Source of the DNA: an uncultured Chloroflexia bacterium
GTDB lineage: Bacteria; Chloroflexota; Anaerolineae; Anaerolineales; Anaerolineaceae
NCBI GenBank assembly: GCA_963704755.1
Contig: OY969938.1
Span: 570,001 to 602,000, forward strand
Reading direction: 5' to 3'
Length of the DNA: 32,000 nt
Within the stretch, counting starts at the first letter, position 1; every line of letters begins with the position of its first letter. Of this stretch, positions 25,385-32,000 are shown piece after piece. The position numbers were made by a program, and so were the translations under genes. The notes beneath the pieces were generated by a model that saw only the letters and a list, made by a program, of their open reading frames with translations, searched no databases and had not been told where the DNA came from.

Positions 25385-25414
25385 GGGGTCTTCCCGGTTA
25401 GGCTGAGCAGTTAC

Positions 25415-25482
25415 GAGGTCGTTGAAAAAGTCACTTGTTGACAAAAGATTGGGGGATATGTAGTGGCGTTTGTCAACACCCC
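25415..25482. mobile_element. MITE-like element U1 (68 bp) with imperfect terminal inverted repeats and 7-bp flanking direct repeats
   Basis: The termini are GAGGTCGTTGAAAAA and TTTGTCAACACCCC. The flanking CAGTTAC occurs at 25408-25414 and 25483-25489. Confidence 0.55.
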
Positions 25483-25496
25483 CAGTTACAATTATT

Positions 25497-25616
25497 GAGG
25501 GTGTTGAAAGAGCAGCTTTTCATCATCCAGATTTGGGTATATGTGGCGGGGCAGTTTCGCCGTCCCGCCACATATACCCAAAAAAATTTTATATGAAGGC
25601 GTTTTTCAACACTCTC
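25497..25616. mobile_element. MITE-like element U2 (120 bp), related to U1, with a central perfect 19-bp hairpin
   Basis: The termini are GAGGGTGTTGAAAGA and TTTTTCAACACTCTC. The flanking AATTATT occurs at 25490-25496 and 25617-25623. The central hairpin spans 25532-25582. Its left half and right end align with U1. Confidence 0.6.
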
Positions 25617-25634
25617 AATTATTTACTATAGGGA

Positions 25635-25662
25635 TTGACAAAGAGTATAATTAAACTACAAT
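25635..25662 (+). promoter_or_regulatory. Candidate promoter: TTGACA-N16-TACAAT
   Basis: TTGACA at 25635-25640 and TACAAT at 25657-25662. The nearest downstream gene on this strand starts at 26309. Confidence 0.4.
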
Positions 25663-26308
25663 GAGTTTAGTTGACATTTGCAACAAATTCATTGATTAGC
25701 CACAGATTTGCTTGACCTGTTCAGAGTTAGTCATTTTCGGGGGTAGTTTACTGATTCAATTCTTATAAACATTATCCAACATCGGCAGATCTTTTTCGCT
25801 CCTCACACCTAGCAACAAGCAACGACAGGAATTCAGGATTTTTCACCCGGCCGGTCGAATTGTTTGCCCATCCGGGTATGTTTGGAAAGGAGCCAGCCAA
25901 GCCCATTGGACAATGCAAGAACAATCTGTCTCTCCAATCCACCGTTCAAATTTGCGGTCCGGAGCCTGCAGGTTTCCAGGCAAATATTTTCAATAACCCG
26001 GCCGAACCCGGCCGCCTTAACTCCTCCAATTCATTGAAGGAGAAGTATTTTGGTTGTGTTGAGACTGCCCGACAGGCCTGGTAAAAAATCCGAATTTAAG
26101 GCTGAGAAGCGAAGTTGCTTTATTGCCACTCCGGCCTGCCACAAAGAAGCACCGCTCGCATGGCCAGGTCGATCAGTCGCCTAAACATATTGCTATTTTC
26201 GAGCTTTTTAAATCAGCGAAAATTGGGAGGAGGTGATCGCAAATCAACTGAAACTGCATCAAAAAGCACGGTCGTATTGTTTTCTACCCATCTAAGGAGG
26301 AATATACT

Positions 26309-27646
26309 GTGTCCAAAAAATTTTGGTATAGCCTGCTGGCATTGATGGTAGTCCTGGCAACCGTTTTATCTGCCTGCGCTACTAACGCAACTGCCCCCAC
26401 CGATACCCCGGCCCCTGCGGCCGAGACTCAGGCTCCAGCGGGAGCATCTCAAGTCGAGGTGTTCTCCTGGTGGGTTGGCCCCGGAGAAGCAGATGGACTG
26501 GCCGCAATGGTTAAAGTCTTCAACAAGATGTACCCCAACATTGAGTTCGTCAACGCCGCGGTCGCCGGCGGCGCTGGCACCAATGCCCGGGCAGTTCTTG
26601 CGACCCGTCTATCTGGGGGCGATCCACCTGACTCCTGGCAGGCCCATGCCGGGCAGGAAATTATCGGCACATACGTGGCTGCCAACCAGGTAGCCCCATT
26701 GGATGATTTCTTCCAATCCCAGGGGTTGAACGACATTTTCCCGGCTGACCTGCTGCCCTTGATCTCCAAGGACGGCCATCCCTATTCGGTGCCGGTGAAT
26801 ATCCACCGCTCGAACGTGATGTGGTACAACCCCAAAGTGCTCTCTCAAGTGGGCATTTCCACCATCCCCACTACCTGGGATGAATTCTTTGCGGACTGCG
26901 AAACCATCCAGGCGGCCGGAATCACCTGCCTGTCCCTCGGCCCGCAGTGGACCGCCATGCATCTGTTCGAAAATGTGATGCTCGGCACCCTCGGCGCGGA
27001 TGGCTGGAGTGGCTTGTGGACCGGCTCAACCGATTGGAACAGCGCCGATGTGACCAAGGGTATCGAAAATTTTGCCAAGGCGCTCTCCTACACCAACAGC
27101 GACCACGCCTCCCTCTCGGACTGGCAGCCGGCCTCCAAGCTTATGTCGGATGGCGACGCGGCCTTCAATATCATGGGTGACTGGGCTTATGGCTACTTTG
27201 CCAACCCCGATCCCAACGGCCTGGCCCTCACCCCGCACACTGACTTCGATTGGGCTCCTCCTCCTGGCACCGATGGCGTGTTCCTCTTCCTGGCAGACAG
27301 CTTTGTCATGCCGGCCAATGCGCCTCACCCGGATGCGACTACCGCCTGGTTGACCGTGGCGGCATCGAAAGCCGGGCAGGAAGCCTTCAACCCGCTCAAG
27401 GGCTCCATTTGCGCCCGCACCGATTGTGACCAATCTCTGTTCAGCGAATACTCCCAGGGTGCAGCCAAAGACTGGACTTCTAATGTAGTCGCCGGCAGCC
27501 TGACCCATGGTGTGGTCGCCAACGACGCCTGGAAGGCCAAGATCGACACGGCCTTGGGCCTCTTCCTGGCCGACCCGACCACCACCGCCAACTTCCAAAA
27601 GGGCCTGGCAGATGCCTGCGCTTCCGATGGAGTTTGCAGCCAGTAA
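26309..27646 (+). CDS. ABC transporter substrate-binding lipoprotein (family 1, carbohydrate/CUT1 type)
   Basis: GTG start 8 nt after AAGGAGG. Signal and lipobox: MSKKFWYSLLALMVVLATVLSAC. A Thr/Pro/Ala linker follows. The 445-aa ORF sits upstream of two MalF/MalG-type permease genes. Confidence 0.85.
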   Translation: MSKKFWYSLLALMVVLATVLSACATNATAPTDTPAPAAETQAPAGASQVEVFSWWVGPGEADGLAAMVKVFNKMYPNIEFVNAAVAGGAGTNARAVLATRLSGGDPPDSWQAHAGQEIIGTYVAANQVAPLDDFFQSQGLNDIFPADLLPLISKDGHPYSVPVNIHRSNVMWYNPKVLSQVGISTIPTTWDEFFADCETIQAAGITCLSLGPQWTAMHLFENVMLGTLGADGWSGLWTGSTDWNSADVTKGIENFAKALSYTNSDHASLSDWQPASKLMSDGDAAFNIMGDWAYGYFANPDPNGLALTPHTDFDWAPPPGTDGVFLFLADSFVMPANAPHPDATTAWLTVAASKAGQEAFNPLKGSICARTDCDQSLFSEYSQGAAKDWTSNVVAGSLTHGVVANDAWKAKIDTALGLFLADPTTTANFQKGLADACASDGVCSQ

Positions 27647-27667
27647 ACTAACGGTTCAGTGGTAAGT

Positions 27668-27706
27668 AAATGGGCGGCTCGTATCGAACCGCCCATTTAA
27701 ATTTTT
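27668..27706 (+). terminator. Intrinsic terminator or attenuator after the SBP gene
   Basis: AAATGGGCGG-(11-nt loop)-CCGCCCATTT is followed by AAATTTTT. Confidence 0.7.
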
Positions 27707-27730
27707 GCTGAGTTGTCTGAACGAATTTGC

Positions 27731-27759
27731 TTGACAGGCTTATCTGCGTTTACTATGAT
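27731..27759 (+). promoter_or_regulatory. Internal sigma-70-type promoter for the permease genes: TTGACA-N17-TATGAT
   Basis: TTGACA at 27731-27736 and TATGAT at 27754-27759, 120 nt upstream of ATG 27880. Confidence 0.55.
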
Positions 27760-27879
27760 TTAAAGTAGTAACCAGGCTCATTTCGGCAGAGCAGTTACGA
27801 TTTGAACCGAATCAGGTGGTCCGCATAACAATTCCGGCCAGGCCCGAAAAAGCATCCAAAATGAAAGTGAGGTAGCCAG

Positions 27880-28954
27880 ATGGCTCAAAGTACCAAACTT
27901 CGTTTGCCAAAAATATTCCTCGCAATTGCCTTGATCCTGGTTGGACTCTTTACGGATTGGATCCTTTCCAGGTCTGGCCTCATTCTTTGGGGAAAGAATT
28001 TCACCTCGATCGGTTTGCTCATTGGCGGCCTGGTTTTTTACAGCGGTATCGTGGTTTTCGTTACTTTTCTGGAAAACGAAACCATTCTTTCCATTACCCT
28101 GTTGTTGCCTTCCATTGTTGCAGTGGCAGTCTTTGTTTATGGTTTCATTGGTTGGTCCGTACGAGTTCTCGTTGAGCAAGTGGAAGGGCCTTTTACCTGA
28201 TTTTACTTTTGTGGGTCTGACCCAATACATCGACTTATTCCACGACCCGCGTTTTATGATCGATATTCGCAACACCGGTGTCTTTACGGTGGGCTTCATC
28301 CTGGGTTGTATCATCATCGGCCTGGGGTTGGCCGTCTTGCTCGACCAAAAAATCAAAGGCGAGGCCATCTTCCGTGGAATTTTTCTCTTTCCAATGTCGA
28401 TCTCCTTTATTGCCTCGGGTGTGGTCTGGGGTTGGTTGATGAACCCGGCTACCGGCAACCGTATCACCGGCATCAACCTGATTTTTCAAAAATTTGGCCT
28501 GGATTTCCTGATCAGCAAATGGCACACAACCGCCCAACCCTGGGGTATGGCCTTTACGGTTATCCCGGCGGTCTGGCAGCTTTCCGGGTTTGCCATGGCG
28601 CTTTACCTGGGCGGGATCCGCAGCATCCCCGAGGAGGTGCGTGAAGCCGCCCGGGTGGATGGCGCCAACGAATTCCAGATCTACCGCTATATCATCATGC
28701 CGCTGCTCCAGCCGGTAACCTTGAGCGCGGTCATCATCCTGGGGCATATGTCATTGAAGATCTTCGACCTGATCGTGGCCATCGGCAACAAGGATCTGCG
28801 CCTGGACGTGCCCGGCATCTACATGTGGACGACCACTTTTGATGGGACCAATTATGCCCAGGGCGCAGCCATTGGTATCCTGATGTTAATCAGCGTGGCC
28901 ATCCTGGTTATCCCCTACCTGGTCCGCAGCATGCGCACTGAGGCCGAACTATGA
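27880..28954 (+). pseudogene. ABC sugar transporter permease (MalF/UgpA-like) with a +1 frame disruption after about 95 codons
   Basis: The N-terminal TM segments (ORF 27880..28200, ...LLLPSIVAVAVFVYGFIGWSV) are in one frame. The rest (SLSKWKGLLPDFTFVGLTQY...EAARVDGANEFQIYRYIIMPLL..., ORF ending at 28954) is in another. Deleting one T from CGAGTTCTCG (28161-28170) joins them. Confidence 0.8.
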
Positions 28955-29778
28955 AAACACGCCGGATTGCCAGTCGTACCCTCATTTACCTGATCCTGAT
29001 CGTGATGGCGATCTTTTATTTGCTGCCGGTCTATATGATGCTGCTGACCGGCCTGAAGCCGTTCAACCAGGTGGATCTGAAAACCATGTGGAGCCTGCCG
29101 GTGAATGGCCTGCACATCGAAAACTTTCTCGCCGCCTACAAACAGCTCGCCCCCAACCTGAACAACAGCCTCTCGATGGTCATTCCTGAGGCCATTCTTT
29201 CCTCGCTGCTGGGCTCCTTCAACGGTTACTTGCTCTCGAAATGGCGCTTCAAGGGCTCGAACCTGATTTTTTCCCTGATTTTGTTTGGGATGTTCATCCC
29301 CTATCAAAGTATTTTGATCCCGCTGGTGAAGTTCATGCAGTCGCTGAAACTGTACGGCGATATCCCCGGGCTGGTCCTGGTGCACATCATCTACGGGATC
29401 CCCATCACCACGTTGATCTTCCGCAATTACTACGCCGGCATATCCACCGAGATCATCGAGGCCAGCCGCATCGATGGCGCCAGCCTGCTGGGTATTTACC
29501 GCGACATCATCTTCCCACTCTCCGCCCCCAGTTTTGCCGTGGTGATCATCTGGCAGTTCACCCAGGCCTGGAACGAATTCCTCTTCGCCGTCATCCTCAC
29601 GAACCAATCCCATTGGCCGGTCACGGTCGCTTTGAACAACCTGGCCGGGAGCCAACTCGTCCAATGGAACGTGCTGATGGCTGCCACCCTGCTGGCTGCC
29701 CTGCCCACCTTGCTGGTCTATATCTTCCTGGGCCGGTACTTCTTACGCGGCTTGATGGCCGGAGCCTTGAAGGGATAA
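28951..29778 (+). CDS. ABC sugar transporter permease (MalG/UgpE-like)
   Basis: 275-aa ORF whose ATG overlaps the upstream stop (ATGA). It has the EAA loop EASRIDGASLLGIYRDIIFPL and 6 predicted TM helices. Confidence 0.88.
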   Translation: MKTRRIASRTLIYLILIVMAIFYLLPVYMMLLTGLKPFNQVDLKTMWSLPVNGLHIENFLAAYKQLAPNLNNSLSMVIPEAILSSLLGSFNGYLLSKWRFKGSNLIFSLILFGMFIPYQSILIPLVKFMQSLKLYGDIPGLVLVHIIYGIPITTLIFRNYYAGISTEIIEASRIDGASLLGIYRDIIFPLSAPSFAVVIIWQFTQAWNEFLFAVILTNQSHWPVTVALNNLAGSQLVQWNVLMAATLLAALPTLLVYIFLGRYFLRGLMAGALKG

Positions 29779-29807
29779 AATTTCTATTATTCTTAATAGC
29801 CGAATCT

Positions 29808-29862
29808 AATGCGGGGTTTATTTTGTGTGCGTGCTTTACGCACACAAAATAAACCCCGCATT
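29808..29862. terminator. Perfect 25-bp hairpin between the convergent permease and icd genes
   Basis: AATGCGGGGTTTATTTTGTGTGCGT-gcttt-ACGCACACAAAATAAACCCCGCATT. Only a weak T-rich tract (TCTTT) follows on the plus strand. Confidence 0.6.
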
Positions 29863-29886
29863 TCTTTAAGAGCCGTTTGGGGAGCC

Positions 29887-31170
29887 TTAATCCATGTTGT
29901 GGATGATGGCCTGGCCGAACTCAGAGCATTTCAATAAGGTGGCGCCTTCCATCTGGCGGTGGAAATCGTAAGTCACCGTCTTGGCCGTGATCGCGCCTTC
30001 CATGCCTTTGATCACCAAATCGGCTGCCTCGACCCAACCCAGGTAACGCAGCATCATCTCCCCAGAAAGGATCAGGCTGCCGGGATTGACCTGGTCTTTG
30101 TTGGCGTATTTCGGCGCCGTCCCGTGAGTCGCCTCGAAGATCGCAAAGCCGGTATCGTAATTGATATTCCCGCCGGGGGCAATACCGATACCCCCCACCT
30201 GGGCGGCCAGCGCATCCGACAGATAATCGCCGTTCAGATTCATGGTGGCAATCACGTCGAATTCCTTCGGCCGGGTGAGCGTCTGCTGGAAGACGATGTC
30301 GGCAATCACGTCTTTGACCAAAATCTTGCCGGCTTTCAAAGCCGCATCTTGCTCCGCATTTGCCGCGGCTTCGCCCTGGGCGGCTTTGGTCTGCTCCCAA
30401 TGTGCCCAGGTATAGGTCTGGTTAGCGAATTCGCTTTCGGCCAGTTCGTAGCCCCACTTGCGGAAAGCGCCTTCGGTGTATTTCATGATGTTGCCTTTGT
30501 GGACCAGGGTCACGCTCTTGCGGTGATTGGCTATGGCCCAGCGGATGGCGGCTCGCACCAGGCGGAAAGTGCCTTCCTTGGAGATCGGTTTTACCCCAAA
30601 ACCGGCCGTATTCGGGAAGCGAATTTTGGCGAACTCTTTTGGAAAACGTTCTTCCAACAGCTTCCTGAAAGTCGCGTTTTCTTCGCTGCCATACTCGAAT
30701 TCGATCCCGGTATAGATATCCTCGGTGTTCTCCCGGAAGATGGCCATATCCACATATTCCGGGTGGCGTAGGGGTGAAGGTACGCCCGTGAAATAGCGCA
30801 CCGGTCGCAGGCATACGTACAGGTCCAGTTCTTTGCGCAGGGCCACGTTTAGCGAGCGGAAGCCGCCCCCGATCGGTGTGGTCAATGGGCCTTTGATCCC
30901 CACCAGGTACTGGCGAAAAGTGGCCAGGGTTTCTTCGGGCAGCCAGGTCCCCAGGCTGTTGAATGCTTTTTCCCCGGCCAATACTTCCTTCCAGTAAATT
31001 TTACGCCGGCCGCCATACGCCTTTTCCACGGCTGCCGAAAGGACTGCCTCGGTCGCGCGCCAGATATCCGGACCGGTCCCGTCGCCTTCGATGAACGGGA
31101 TAACAGGATTCTCCGGAACAACCAGTTTACCGTTGACCATTGTGATAGGTTCGCCCGTAAGAGTGCTCAT
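29887..31170 (-). CDS. icd: NADP-dependent isocitrate dehydrogenase (homodimeric type)
   Basis: 427-aa ORF with [60 protein letters not shown] and [26 protein letters not shown]. Confidence 0.93.
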   Translation of the reverse strand: MSTLTGEPITMVNGKLVVPENPVIPFIEGDGTGPDIWRATEAVLSAAVEKAYGGRRKIYWKEVLAGEKAFNSLGTWLPEETLATFRQYLVGIKGPLTTPIGGGFRSLNVALRKELDLYVCLRPVRYFTGVPSPLRHPEYVDMAIFRENTEDIYTGIEFEYGSEENATFRKLLEERFPKEFAKIRFPNTAGFGVKPISKEGTFRLVRAAIRWAIANHRKSVTLVHKGNIMKYTEGAFRKWGYELAESEFANQTYTWAHWEQTKAAQGEAAANAEQDAALKAGKILVKDVIADIVFQQTLTRPKEFDVIATMNLNGDYLSDALAAQVGGIGIAPGGNINYDTGFAIFEATHGTAPKYANKDQVNPGSLILSGEMMLRYLGWVEAADLVIKGMEGAITAKTVTYDFHRQMEGATLLKCSEFGQAIIHNMD

Positions 31171-31227
31171 TTCACCTCATCTATAATGTAAATTTTAGGG
31201 TAACGTTTCAGGCGGGTACAAGAAGTT

Positions 31228-31282
31228 CCCGAATTTGAGGTGTTGGCGATGGTTACACTATCGCCAACACCTCAAATTCGGG
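31228..31282. repeat. Palindromic intergenic repeat, family 1, copy B
   Basis: CCCGAATTTGAGGTGTT-GGCGAT-ggttacact-ATCGCC-AACACCTCAAATTCGGG. The outer arms are identical to copy A and the inner stem differs but is still fully paired. Confidence 0.8.
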
Positions 31283-31358
31283 GTCTTTCTGGCCTGCTCA
31301 ACCCCTTAAACCTAATTCTAACCCATTTGCATTCCCCAATGGACACCCATCCCGGTAA

Positions 31359-32000
31359 TTATCGAGGAACCCCGGCCGGAACGGCTTCTCTTTCGGCTAC
31401 GCGCATAATCGCGCCGGTCGCTTCTGGTTTTATCTTTTCAACGTAAAGGTATCTGGCCACGGCAAAGCCCAAAATCACCGGACTGCCCTCCGCATCGATG
31501 GTGATGGTCTGGTTGAACGATAAAACCGAAACCACTTTAACCTTGCAGCCCAGGTGGATACCATTTTTATCCAGGTAACCTAACAATTCCGGGATCTCTT
31601 CGGCCAGCTCATGAACTCGCCGCACAATCCCGCATTCCCCTTCCGGTAAACGGGTAATGGGCACCCAACTGGCAACCACATCCTCGTGACCCGGTAAAGG
31701 GTTACCGTGCGGGCACAGCTCCGGATAATTAAACTCCGCCAGGATCGCCTCTTCCAATTCGGCCGAAATGGCGTGCTCGAAAAGATGTGCTTCTTTGTGC
31801 ACCTTCGCCCAGGGCAGCATCCGGCTCAACATCCATTCGGCTAACATGTGCCGGCGCATTACCGAACGGCCGGCTTCCAGGCCATGCTCGGTCAGGTGCG
31901 GCCCGGACTTGGATGAATTCTCCAGCAGCCCATCCCGTACCATTCGCTTGAGTGTATTCGTCACCGTTGGCGGAGTGACTGCAAAAATTTCGGCCAGACG
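31359..32000 (-). CDS. DtxR/MntR family metal-dependent transcriptional regulator with a C-terminal FeoA/SH3-like domain; the 5' end lies outside the window
   Basis: The frame is open to 32000: RLAEIFAVTPPTVTNTLKRMVRDGLL (HTH), RRHMLAEWML, EAHLFEHAIS, CPHGNPLP, then GECGIVRRVHE...GIHLGCKVKVV (FeoA-like). Confidence 0.82.
   Translation of the reverse strand, partial: RLAEIFAVTPPTVTNTLKRMVRDGLLENSSKSGPHLTEHGLEAGRSVMRRHMLAEWMLSRMLPWAKVHKEAHLFEHAISAELEEAILAEFNYPELCPHGNPLPGHEDVVASWVPITRLPEGECGIVRRVHELAEEIPELLGYLDKNGIHLGCKVKVVSVLSFNQTITIDAEGSPVILGFAVARYLYVEKIKPEATGAIMRVAEREAVPAGVPR

Noticed and set aside
25405-25414. The motif GAGCAGTTA(C/A) occurs three times (about 9927, 25405 and 27790).
   Set aside because: Matches of 10-12 nt at this multiplicity are expected by chance in 32 kb when both strands are counted, and the flanks do not align. 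The copy at 25408-25414 is better explained as the U1 target-site duplication.
25330-25620. Possible CRISPR array, given the dense repeats.
   Set aside because: The repeats are inverted (palindromic or TIR), not evenly spaced direct repeats. The units differ in length and no cas genes are present.
26050-26184. 44-codon ORF with a good SD (GAAGGAG 7 nt before TTG) in the long non-coding region.
   Set aside because: It has no recognisable motif, a TTG start, and a basic low-complexity product. The evidence is insufficient to call a gene. It is mentioned only as a target for ribosome profiling.

Overview
Gene-dense 32-kb bacterial chromosomal segment. I found no rRNA, tRNA, CRISPR array, transposase or integrase by eye. 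Most of it looks about 55-65% G+C, based on hand counts of sample 60-nt lines. Taxonomy cannot be set without a database search.

Layout:
(1) 1-8069, minus strand: a tightly packed catabolic operon, transcribed SDR -> kdgK -> eda -> OYE-type flavin oxidoreductase -> YdiF-type CoA-transferase -> crotonase -> FAH-family enzyme, with an IclR regulator upstream.
(2) 8.2-13.3 kb, minus strand: alpha/beta hydrolase, small DUF1097-like membrane protein, FAD flavoprotein, cytochrome P450.
(3) 13.7-14.0 kb: a chimeric gene remnant, followed by a membrane-anchored serine hydrolase.
(4) 15.07-19.39 kb: an AT-rich island with two tandem, distantly paralogous cell-surface proteins of unknown function. This is my best candidate for an undescribed module.
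(5) 19.4-20.9 kb: a Bcr/CflA-type MFS exporter behind a promoter, leader and intrinsic terminator.
(6) 20.9-24.9 kb, minus strand: a translationally coupled oxidase pair (VAO/ALO-type FAD oxidase, then TM-anchored GMC oxidoreductase).
(7) 25.1-26.3 kb: a YjfB-like small protein, then about 1 kb of non-coding DNA packed with palindromic and MITE-like repeats.
(8) 26.3-29.8 kb: a CUT1-type sugar ABC importer (lipoprotein SBP plus two permeases, no ATPase).
(9) icd and a partial DtxR-family regulator.

Caveat: five otherwise recognisable genes each carry a single +1 frame disruption. Three of the five sit on the hexamer GAGTTC. This could be a systematic sequencing or assembly error or real pseudogenisation, and I cannot tell which from the sequence alone.
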